Shown here one piece after another: positions 8,783 to 17,056 of a stretch of 30,389 nt of DNA. The DNA comes from Planctomycetota bacterium. GTDB lineage: Bacteria; Planctomycetota; Planctomycetia; Pirellulales; Pirellulaceae. The stretch's first letter is position 1. Each line of letters begins with the position of its first letter. The notes under the pieces are model-generated. The model did not search any database and was not told where the DNA came from. It saw only the letters and a program-made list of their open reading frames with translations. The stretch covers positions 1 through 30,389 of the forward strand of contig JBJTQD010000859.1 in the NCBI GenBank assembly GCA_046075445.1, in the 5' to 3' direction. Made by a program: the position numbers and the translations under genes.

Positions 8783-11617
8783 TTGGCAAGCGGAAACGTT
8801 TTTGACCCCACAAACCACACACTTCCTCGGGCCCTTCAGATGCTTGAATCATCGTGCCGGGAGATCCCTGACCGCGCGCAGGCCACTTTCGAGCGACTGC
8901 GCTGCGGTGCTTGGCTATTTCGTTTGCTGGTCTGGATGTTGATGTCCTCCCTCGCGACGTTGCTTTGTGCCCAAGATCGAGCGGTTAACAGCGAGACGAT
9001 CTGGAAACTCGGGCAGACGGATACTGGCTTGCAAGAGTCCGACTTGAAGCATCGCTGGTTGGCCGATGAAACGTTGACGGGCGAAGCCAAACCTGAGGAG
9101 TTTTCATTCCAAGTCGGACACGGGACGGAAATTCAACTGATTTACCCTCTTGAGCCGGCGCGAGTGATTTCCGAGTGGTCGGTCGGACTTCCCGTCAAAT
9201 CGAATTGGAAAGGAGTCCGTTTATTTATACGCGTTGTCTTCCCACATTCGTTTGACCCTTTGACCGGCAAACGGCTTACGGCACTACTTCCCGGTACTGC
9301 GACGACCACGGTGTCGGGTTGGGAAAACCTAGGGATTGGAGGTCAGTACAGTTCGCTTTCGAGTGAAATGCAGGAAGCAGTCTGGGTGTTGCGAAAAAAA
9401 TACGGTCCTGAGGTAAACGACCGCGATGCGTATATCGATCAGCTGATATTGAACATTTACGGTGGAGAGGGGCCGCACGTCATACAAGTCGGTTCTCCGC
9501 GCACCAGTGGCTCAGTTGGCTTAGACCCCAGCCAATCAAGCTTTCAGGACAGAATCGCTGCGAAACGCGACATGTCACTGCGGCAAGTGTCGTTTCAGGA
9601 AACAGATGAGCGACCATTAGCTCGCGTCAGACGTGATGGAACGGTACTCGAATTAAATGACCAACCCTTTGTGGCTCGGATCATTCAGCACAATGGCGAG
9701 AGCTTTGAATTCCTAAAGGGGCTCGGCTTCAACACGATCCAGTTGGCAACGACAGCTACTGATGTTCAGGTGTTGGAGGCCGAACAGTCGAATGTTTGGT
9801 TGGTCTCTCCTCCGCCACCTGACTGGCAGACACCGAGTTTGGCGGCGCGGTCAGACCGGGTGATTGCTTGGATGCTGGGCGATGGCTTGGGCGAGCAGGA
9901 ATCTCGAAACGTTGCCGAGCGAATCCGCGAAGTAAAGGCACAGGACCTCAGGTCGCAGCGGCCGGTAGCAACCGGAGCCGTTAATAACTGGAATGCTTTT
10001 GCTCAGACCAGCGACATTCTCGTCCTCGGCCAACTGACCGCCGGCGGAGGATTGCCGCTGAGTCGGTACAGCGATTGGCTTAGTGGGTGCCGCGAGGCGA
10101 CGGGCAATTCGCTGCCAATCTGGGCTGATTTGCATACCGAATTTCCTTCGGCTGCCGTTCGCCAAATGGGCAATTTCATCGGACAGCTCCCGCCACTGCC
10201 GCTGGAACCCCAGCAAATGCAGTTTGCCTTATTCGAAGCGCTCGCCGGGGGCGCTCGCGGGATTCGCTTTCTCTCTCGATCGCGGCTCGATGCCACAGAC
10301 CCCCAGTCGCGGCTGCGAACTCTGCAAGTTCAGTGGTTGAATCGGCAACTGGACTTGTTCGAGCCTTGGGCGGCCGCAGGGGTAGTCGCCGGGACGGTCG
10401 CCACCGGAAATGCCCAACTGGAAGTGACAGCTCTCAAGCAAAATCGGGGGACGCTGCTTTTCGTTCAGCAGACGACTGGCTGGGAACAGCTGGTTACCGG
10501 TGACGCGCCTTTGCAGACGGTTCGGTTTGCCGACAGTTACTCAGCAATCAGCGACCGGGCTTATCTTTTGGCTGATTACGGCTTGGTTCCCTTAGGGAGC
10601 GCACGAGGTCCAACCGGAACCGAACTGCAGATCGACCTTTGTCCGCAATTGGCGGCAATTGTGCTGACGCAAGATCCGCAAGTTGTGAATGCCCTAAGTG
10701 CCCAATACGATCGTCCCGGTGGCCCAACTTACGTCAATTTGCATGACCAACTCACTCATCAGTGGTTCACGATTACACAGTTAATCGAGGGCCAATGCAG
10801 TCGTTTGGGCGGAGGAAACGCGGCAGCGAGCAACGCGCTCAATGAATCGCTGCGACTGCTCAGACAAGCCGAAACACTACTGGCAGGTAGCAATCAACTG
10901 ACGGCGACGAATTATCTAGTGTCGGCTGACCAGCAGTTGGCTGTCGTCCGCAGGGAACTCGTCGCGCAGGCGCGGGGAGGATTCCGCAGTCAGGTATCGG
11001 CGCCGCTGCTAATGCATCCCAGCTTGCTGCCGCTGCATTGGCAATTCACTCAACAGGCATCGCGTATTGGTTGGGAAGCCAATGGGCTGGGCGCAGGAGA
11101 ATTTGAAAACCTGGAGCAGCTCCTAGCCAACGGCTGGGAAAACATTCGCGCGGATAACTCGGACATCGAAACTCTGGTGGAGCTTTCACCGCGGGCTGTG
11201 GTTTCGGGAAAAACGGGGCTTCGTTTGGCGGCCGATTCGAGCGCGACGACCAGTGGCAATCTTTCTCAACCACCGCTACGCATCCTTTCCGGCAGAGTGA
11301 ATGTTCCGGCCGGTAAGTTGATTCGGATTCATGGCTGGGTCAATCTGGCAAAACCATTGAGCGGAACGACTGAGGGGCTTTTGGTTTACGACTCGCTTGG
11401 GGGCAGAGATTTGGGATTGCGAGTTCGGCAGACGGAGGGCTGGCAGGAAGTGGTTCTTTACCGGGCAACTTCCGAACCGGCCGAACTGCGGCTGACCCTG
11501 CAACTTCAGGGTCTAGGCGAGGTGCTTCTGGACGAATTCACCGTCCAAACACTCGATTTGCCGGGGGTTAGCCCCCGAGCCGCTGAAAACAGAGCTTCAG
11601 GGTCGCCGCCGAGATAA
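8783..11617 (+). CDS. Large exported hypothetical protein, possible GH-like barrel plus beta-sandwich; start uncertain
   Basis: 944-aa ORF; hydrophobic signal-like stretch AWLFRLLVWMLMSSLATLLCA-QD; LKGLGFNTIQL resembles clan GH-A barrels; C-terminal segment rich in beta-strand and Trp residues. Confidence 0.8.
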   Translation: MASGNVFDPTNHTLPRALQMLESSCREIPDRAQATFERLRCGAWLFRLLVWMLMSSLATLLCAQDRAVNSETIWKLGQTDTGLQESDLKHRWLADETLTGEAKPEEFSFQVGHGTEIQLIYPLEPARVISEWSVGLPVKSNWKGVRLFIRVVFPHSFDPLTGKRLTALLPGTATTTVSGWENLGIGGQYSSLSSEMQEAVWVLRKKYGPEVNDRDAYIDQLILNIYGGEGPHVIQVGSPRTSGSVGLDPSQSSFQDRIAAKRDMSLRQVSFQETDERPLARVRRDGTVLELNDQPFVARIIQHNGESFEFLKGLGFNTIQLATTATDVQVLEAEQSNVWLVSPPPPDWQTPSLAARSDRVIAWMLGDGLGEQESRNVAERIREVKAQDLRSQRPVATGAVNNWNAFAQTSDILVLGQLTAGGGLPLSRYSDWLSGCREATGNSLPIWADLHTEFPSAAVRQMGNFIGQLPPLPLEPQQMQFALFEALAGGARGIRFLSRSRLDATDPQSRLRTLQVQWLNRQLDLFEPWAAAGVVAGTVATGNAQLEVTALKQNRGTLLFVQQTTGWEQLVTGDAPLQTVRFADSYSAISDRAYLLADYGLVPLGSARGPTGTELQIDLCPQLAAIVLTQDPQVVNALSAQYDRPGGPTYVNLHDQLTHQWFTITQLIEGQCSRLGGGNAAASNALNESLRLLRQAETLLAGSNQLTATNYLVSADQQLAVVRRELVAQARGGFRSQVSAPLLMHPSLLPLHWQFTQQASRIGWEANGLGAGEFENLEQLLANGWENIRADNSDIETLVELSPRAVVSGKTGLRLAADSSATTSGNLSQPPLRILSGRVNVPAGKLIRIHGWVNLAKPLSGTTEGLLVYDSLGGRDLGLRVRQTEGWQEVVLYRATSEPAELRLTLQLQGLGEVLLDEFTVQTLDLPGVSPRAAENRASGSPPR

Positions 11618-11673
11618 CCACCCCCTACCTGAGCTGTTTCCTTCAAAGAAAAGAAAAAGCCCCCCAAGCATGA

Positions 11674-11701
11674 TTGACGGCACAATCTGCCCAAGTATCC
11701 T
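11674..11701 (+). promoter_or_regulatory. Putative sigma70 promoter of the PEP-CTERM gene
   Basis: TTGACG (11674-11679)-N16-TATCCT (11696-11701). Confidence 0.4.
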
Positions 11702-11781
11702 AAACAGACTTCCGCGGGCAGTACATTTGATGGGTTGCCTGTAATCTTATTCATTGCGTGATTTCTCTAGGAGTTGCACCT

Positions 11782-12345
11782 ATGACGACTGCCTCTATTT
11801 CTGGAAAGCAAGCTCTCGCTTACGCCGTAGCGGGGGCTGCTGCTTTGGGCACACCAGCGATTGCCCAAGCTGATTTCTCCGGTCCCTATGACCATGCGAA
11901 TTGGACTTTTACCCAAGGTGGCGACAGCTCGTTCACCGCTAACTTGACCACCCTGACACTGAGGGGCTCGAACAATGGCACAACGCTGAATGCGTTGACT
12001 GAGTACACGATCGCCGCCGATGCCAGCGGTACGGTCAGCTTTGACTGGAATTATTCGAGTGTCGACTCGTTGAACTGGGATTACGGTGGCTTTTCGGTCA
12101 ACGGCGTGTTCACGACTTTGGCCTTCAATTCGACCGCTGGCACAGGCAACTTCTCTACTGCGGTCAACGCAGGCGACGTCTTTGGGTTCTGGGTTTTCTC
12201 TCAAGACTCAACCTTCGGTGCCGGTATTCTGCAAATCACCAATTTCAGCGGTCCAGTAGCGGTACCCGAACCAGGTTCCTTGGGCTTGCTGGCCCTCGGT
12301 ACTGTCGGTGGAGTTCTCGGACTGCGTCGCCGACGACGAAGCTAG
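11782..12345 (+). CDS. PEP-CTERM protein-sorting-domain surface protein
   Basis: ATG at 11782 with AGGAG RBS; signal peptide ending AQA; Ser/Thr/Gly/Asn-rich mature domain; C-terminal VPEPGSLGLLALGTVGGVLGLRRRRRS. Confidence 0.93.
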   Translation: MTTASISGKQALAYAVAGAAALGTPAIAQADFSGPYDHANWTFTQGGDSSFTANLTTLTLRGSNNGTTLNALTEYTIAADASGTVSFDWNYSSVDSLNWDYGGFSVNGVFTTLAFNSTAGTGNFSTAVNAGDVFGFWVFSQDSTFGAGILQITNFSGPVAVPEPGSLGLLALGTVGGVLGLRRRRRS

Positions 12346-12421
12346 GCCATCTCGACCGCAATAAGTTTCCACCTGGCAAGTTCCAGCTGGAACGATTGCA
12401 GCGAAGAATTGTTCCAACAAG

Positions 12422-12451
12422 AAGAGCCCGGTCGCAAGATCGGGCTTTTTT
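12422..12451 (+). terminator. Rho-independent terminator after the PEP-CTERM gene
   Basis: agcccggtc-gcaa-gatcgggct followed by a T run. Confidence 0.85.
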
Positions 12452-12592
12452 CGTAGCCTCTCCGCCTTCGTGACTGGACGGCACAAAGCAGTTAGCTGAA
12501 ACTGAAAAGAGAAGCGCGAATCGAATCGAGATTAGGGGTTGGCACTTTCCATTGCCGCCACAGTCGCGCCGTCTCCTTTTACGAAGCTTTCG

Positions 12593-14560
12593 ATGTCCGG
12601 AAAACGCCTCGCCAAGAAACTGCTGCTCATCGGCTGGGATGGAGCTGACTGGCAGATCATCAAACCGCTGCTAGAGCGCGGTGAGATGCCGGCTTTGCAG
12701 AGCCTGATTGACCAAGGGGTGATGGGGAACTTGGCCAGCATGCGGCCGATGATTTCGCCTATGCTTTGGACGAGTATGGCAACGGGCAAATCCCCTGAGC
12801 ACCATGGAATCCACGGCTTCTCTGAGCCTGCACCACACTCCCAAAGCGGGGTTCGTCCGGTTAGCAGCACGAGCCGTAAATGCAAAGCATTCTGGAACAT
12901 TCTGACTCAGGCCGGAATCAAAAATCATGTGGTCAGCTGGTTCGCTGGCCATCCGGCCGAGCCGATCAACGGCGTCTGTATTTCTGAGTTGTTTTCTAAG
13001 CCGACGCAACCGCTGAGCGAGGGCTGGCCGGTCCCCATCGGGTCGGTGCATCCTGTCTCACTGGCAGAGCAACTGGCGGACTTGAGGGTTCATCCGAGTG
13101 ACTTCTCGCTGGATGACTTCAAACATTTCATCCCCACCATCCGAAATTACGATGCGGCCAACGATCGAAATGTACGATTGATGGCGATTCAGTTGGCCGA
13201 GTGTGCGACTAATCAGGCGATCACTACTTGGATTATGGAAACCCAGCCTTGGGAGATGGTTTCCGTTTACTTCAACACGATCGACCACCTCTCGCACGGT
13301 TTCATGTACTACCATCCGCCGCGGATGGCTCACATTCCGCCACCGCTGTTCGAGCGGTACAAGGCGTGCATCGATATGACCTATCGTTTGCACGACATGA
13401 TGCTCAGCCGTCTGCTCAAACTGGCGGGCGAGGACACGACCGTAATGCTGGTTTCGGATCATGGATACCAAACTGGCGATCGTCGACCAAAGTTGACGCC
13501 GCATGAACCGGCCGGGCCGGTGGTTTGGCACCGGCCATATGGCATCATCGTGATCAAAGGTCCCCAGACGCGTCGGGATGAACTGCTCTACGGAGCGAGA
13601 ATCCTAGACGTCACTCCAACCGTTCTTTCAATGTTCGGGCTACCGGTCGGTGCCGATATGCAAGGCAAACCTCTGGTTCAGGCCTTCGCCGAAACGGTTG
13701 CCGTGGAGACGATTCCGAGCTGGGACTCGGTAGAAGGCGATGCGGGGATGCACACTGGCGAGGTTCAGTCAGACCCTTTGGCGGAGCTCGCAGCCTTCAA
13801 TCAACTGGTTGAGCTTGGTTATGTCGAACCAGGGCTGGAAGACAAACAAGCGACCATGAAAAAGGTGGCCGAAGAATGCCAATACAACCTTGGCTGCTCG
13901 CTGATGGCAAACCAGAGCTACGAAAAGGCAATAGAACTTTTGGAGGGCGTGCACCAGAGTCAGCCCGCGCGGTTGAATGTGGCCTTTAACCTCGCCGAGT
14001 GTTATCAACTAGCTGGGCGGTTTGATGATTGTCGGCGGCTGATTGATTTCATCGCGGCGGGTAACTGCTCAGAGCCGGGGCTGGAGGACAAGCGATTGCG
14101 AGTCGTTCCGCAGACGGATCTGCTTCGCGGTGTGCTTGAACTCAACCAAGGAAATCACGAACTGGCTCTGGAGTATCTTCTAAAAGCCGAACAGGCTATG
14201 GGTCGACACCGCGGACTGAGCACGAGCATTGGAAAAGCGTATTTGGATTTAGAGCGCTATGAAGATGCGGGGCGGGCTTTTGAGCGAGCGATTGATGTCG
14301 ACTCTGATGACCCCGAGGCTCACCTTGGAATGGCGGTCGTCTTTCTCTGGATGAACCGAAATGAATTAGCCTTGGAAAACCTGTTGCGTTCCGTCGGGAT
14401 TATTTATCACCAGCCCAAAGCTCACTATTACCTCGGGCTTGCCTATGCTCGGCTGGGCCGTCCCGACGCGGCCAAGAGCGCTTTGGAAGTTTCAATTCAC
14501 ATGCGACCGGGGAATCCGGAAGCCGAGCGATTGCTCTCTGCACTTTCCCAGGCAACCTGA
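12593..14560 (+). CDS. Alkaline-phosphatase-superfamily (nucleotide pyrophosphatase/phosphodiesterase-like) protein with C-terminal TPR repeats
   Basis: LIGWDGADW (metal Asp), ISPMLWTSMATG (Ser nucleophile position), DHLSH, SDHG; TPR-like helices from ~13870 to the end. ATG at 12593 preferred; no signal peptide. Confidence 0.88.
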   Translation: MSGKRLAKKLLLIGWDGADWQIIKPLLERGEMPALQSLIDQGVMGNLASMRPMISPMLWTSMATGKSPEHHGIHGFSEPAPHSQSGVRPVSSTSRKCKAFWNILTQAGIKNHVVSWFAGHPAEPINGVCISELFSKPTQPLSEGWPVPIGSVHPVSLAEQLADLRVHPSDFSLDDFKHFIPTIRNYDAANDRNVRLMAIQLAECATNQAITTWIMETQPWEMVSVYFNTIDHLSHGFMYYHPPRMAHIPPPLFERYKACIDMTYRLHDMMLSRLLKLAGEDTTVMLVSDHGYQTGDRRPKLTPHEPAGPVVWHRPYGIIVIKGPQTRRDELLYGARILDVTPTVLSMFGLPVGADMQGKPLVQAFAETVAVETIPSWDSVEGDAGMHTGEVQSDPLAELAAFNQLVELGYVEPGLEDKQATMKKVAEECQYNLGCSLMANQSYEKAIELLEGVHQSQPARLNVAFNLAECYQLAGRFDDCRRLIDFIAAGNCSEPGLEDKRLRVVPQTDLLRGVLELNQGNHELALEYLLKAEQAMGRHRGLSTSIGKAYLDLERYEDAGRAFERAIDVDSDDPEAHLGMAVVFLWMNRNELALENLLRSVGIIYHQPKAHYYLGLAYARLGRPDAAKSALEVSIHMRPGNPEAERLLSALSQAT

Positions 14561-15150
14561 TGTCTCCTGCCCCGTCAGACCGAGTCACGATTGTTTCGGG
14601 GCTGCCCCGATCGGGCACCTCAATGATGATGCAACTCCTTACGGCTGGTGGTCTGGAGCCACTGACTGATCAAATCAGAACGCCTGACGGCTCCAATCCA
14701 AAGGGCTACTTCGAATATGAGCTAGTTAAGAGTTTGGCTCAAGACCAGAGTTGGCTCCCTTTAGCACGCGGTAAAGTGGTCAAGGTTATCGTCCAATTAC
14801 TACAGTTCCTCCCGACAGGACTCCCGTGTCAGGTCGTCTTGATGCAGCGCGACATTGATGAAGTACTGGAATCACAAGCAACCATGCTGGGCAAACAGTT
14901 GCCGGCCTCTCAAGCTCAAACCCTGAAAGCCACATTCCAGCGTCACTGGGAACAATCGCGCAGCCGCCTGGAATCTTCCCCTGAATGCAGCTTGCTGGTC
15001 GTAGAGCATCGCAATCTCATGACTCGGACGGAAACTGAAATCACTCGGCTGATCGAGTTCTTTACGCCCCAGCAGTTAAAGAGAGAGGAAATGCGAAGAG
15101 TTGTTGACCCGACGCTTTACCGGTCGCGGACCAGTGGAGAGTTGCCGTAA
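14560..15150 (+). CDS. PAPS-dependent sulfotransferase family protein
   Basis: 5'-PSB loop SGLPRSGTSMMM and 3'-PB-like MQRDIDEVLES; TGATG stop/start overlap with the AlkP-TPR gene. Confidence 0.88.
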   Translation: MSPAPSDRVTIVSGLPRSGTSMMMQLLTAGGLEPLTDQIRTPDGSNPKGYFEYELVKSLAQDQSWLPLARGKVVKVIVQLLQFLPTGLPCQVVLMQRDIDEVLESQATMLGKQLPASQAQTLKATFQRHWEQSRSRLESSPECSLLVVEHRNLMTRTETEITRLIEFFTPQQLKREEMRRVVDPTLYRSRTSGELP

Positions 15151-15217
15151 GTTTAGTTGGGCCGCCGCATCAGCATTACGCGGATCGATCGGGCATCGTC
15201 CGCGGACAACTTCGAAT

Positions 15218-15250
15218 GAGCATAGGCTCTCGAAAAAGGAGCATAGGCTC
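15218..15250. repeat. Two exact 12-bp direct repeats (GAGCATAGGCTC), period 21
   Basis: Copies at 15218-15229 and 15239-15250; each is a mini-palindrome gagc-atag-gctc. Confidence 0.8.
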
Positions 15251-15258
15251 GGCGCGCG

Positions 15259-15296
15259 AAAAAAGGCTGGTAGCCAGGATTAAGCCACCAGCCTTT
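15259..15296 (-). terminator. Rho-independent terminator of rplX
   Basis: Minus strand reads aaaggctggtggc-ttaatcctg-gctaccagcc-tttttt. Confidence 0.85.
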
Positions 15297-15378
15297 AGTT
15301 TTTGACGCAGCCGTTTTGCCTGCTGTTGTCGAAATGTTTGGGTGAATAAGCGGAACCGCATTTCACCGACTTTGGGGC

Positions 15379-15729
15379 CTAGGCCTTCTTGGCGTAGGTC
15401 GCCTTGGCTGGGGCAACAATTCCCATCGATGCACCCGACTTGCGAGCAAATCGCTCTTTGCGTCCGTCTTCGAGGTAACGGTAGCCGATGCGAGTTGGCT
15501 GACCGGTCTTCGGGCAGAGCACCATCAGTTTGGAAACATCGATTGGCAACTCTTTGTTCAATCGGCCGCCTTGAGGGTTTCTCTGGCTTGGTTTGACGTG
15601 CTTTTGAACCTTGTTGATGCCTTCGACGACAGCCTTGTTATTGGCGTGATCGACCGAGATGACTTTGCCGGTCTGTCCGGCGTCTTTTCCGCGCAGAACT
15701 TTGACGGAATCGCCAACGTGAATCTTCAT
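15379..15729 (-). CDS. rplX: 50S ribosomal protein L24 (uL24), stand-alone
   Basis: MKIHVGDSVKVLRGKDAGQTGKV (KOW motif)...VVEGINKVQKHVKP...GG...ELPIDVSKLM; GGAG RBS; 116 aa. Confidence 0.96.
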   Translation of the reverse strand: MKIHVGDSVKVLRGKDAGQTGKVISVDHANNKAVVEGINKVQKHVKPSQRNPQGGRLNKELPIDVSKLMVLCPKTGQPTRIGYRYLEDGRKERFARKSGASMGIVAPAKATYAKKA

Positions 15730-15757
15730 CTTTTTCTCTCCGAATTTCGAATTCACG

Positions 15758-15786
15758 ATAATGCGGGAAGACGTGACTTTTGTCAA
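15758..15786 (-). promoter_or_regulatory. Sigma70 promoter of rplX
   Basis: Minus strand TTGACA (15786-15781)-N17-CATTAT (15763-15758); perfect -35 and optimal spacing. Confidence 0.75.
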
Positions 15787-15917
15787 GGGAATCGGAAAAA
15801 ACCCTTGTTTTTTCACGATCTTTATTCACCCCCGGCATGGAGATAGGCCGCTTCCAACCTCATTCAGGGCAAAGCGGGCAGAAGCGGGAGGGCCGGCCGG
15901 CGCTGGGGCGGTTGTCC

Positions 15918-16874
15918 TCAGGCAACCTTTTTACACAGCGCCAGAGCTTGGGCCAGGTCGGGCAGAGCGCCCGAGGCACCCATTCCTGTCACGGCGACAG
16001 CGGCAACCGCGGTGCCAAGCCGGGCGGCGTCGACAGGCTGGTCGCCGCGCAGCAGTCCCGTGATCAGCCCTGCAAAAAAAGCGTCCCCCGCACCCGTTGT
16101 GTCGAGCACTGGGCCTGGCGGCGACAAGGCGGGCAGATGGACGAAGCGGTCCGCTTCCGAGCTTAGCACGACCCCCTCCGCCCCCAGTTTCACGCCGAGG
16201 ATTCCCGAAGCGCCCCAAGTGCGAAATTGACGAATCGCTTCAACTGGGTCAGCACAGCCCGTTTGATTTCGGGCTTCGCCCAGGCTGGGGAAATAAACAT
16301 CGAGTTGCGGCAAGCAGGAGCGGAGCGGGTCTGGGCCACCGCCTGAGCCTGCGGAGTCGAGCGCTACCAGCGTTCCGCCAGCCCGCAGTTCGGCAATCAA
16401 TTTTGGCAGGTCGGATTCCAGCTTGGGCAACAGTGAATAGTAACCCACGAGCACAAAGCGAGAAGCAAAAAGGATCTCTCGCTGCGACCGCCAGAAGAGA
16501 CTGTCAACTGCAGCACAGGCTCCCGGGCAGTGAGCAAAGCTCCGCTGGCCATCTGAGCTGATCATCACTACGGTAGTACTGGTTGGCTGGCCGGCCAACT
16601 CGCTGACGCCCGCGACGGAAACACTACCCGCCGCAAGTCGCTGGCGAATGATACCAGCCCAAGCATCATCCCCGACTCCTGTGACGGCGGCCGTTCGATT
16701 ACCCAGTTTCGCCAGAGCGAGTCCGCTGTTGGAAACGACGCCACCGGTCGTGGCCGTAATCGGGTCAACTAAGACTAAGCGGTCACCACCCAAGGGTTGT
16801 TGCAGGTCGATCGGCCGAACCAAAATATCGACGGTACAGGTCCCGATAACGGAGCAGTCGAGAGTCTTTTCCAT
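15918..16874 (-). CDS. PfkB/ribokinase-family carbohydrate kinase
   Basis: GGVVSNSGLALAKLG (N-terminal signature) and LDTTGAGDAFFAG (PfkB signature 2). Confidence 0.92.
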   Translation of the reverse strand: MEKTLDCSVIGTCTVDILVRPIDLQQPLGGDRLVLVDPITATTGGVVSNSGLALAKLGNRTAAVTGVGDDAWAGIIRQRLAAGSVSVAGVSELAGQPTSTTVVMISSDGQRSFAHCPGACAAVDSLFWRSQREILFASRFVLVGYYSLLPKLESDLPKLIAELRAGGTLVALDSAGSGGGPDPLRSCLPQLDVYFPSLGEARNQTGCADPVEAIRQFRTWGASGILGVKLGAEGVVLSSEADRFVHLPALSPPGPVLDTTGAGDAFFAGLITGLLRGDQPVDAARLGTAVAAVAVTGMGASGALPDLAQALALCKKVA

Positions 16875-17056
16875 GAGCGGCGGTTCGGCGAGCGGGCAAG
16901 TGATTTTGACTCCGATATTAAGGCCCTACGGATCGCTCGGCTATCCCCCTGCTCTGCTGAACGCTGTCCCAGTCGGTCGGTCGCGGCGGCTATACTGACG
17001 CGTTCAGGAGTTTGCCGGTGCGGTGAGCTCTGTTTTCCCTTCGTGTGTGACAACCG

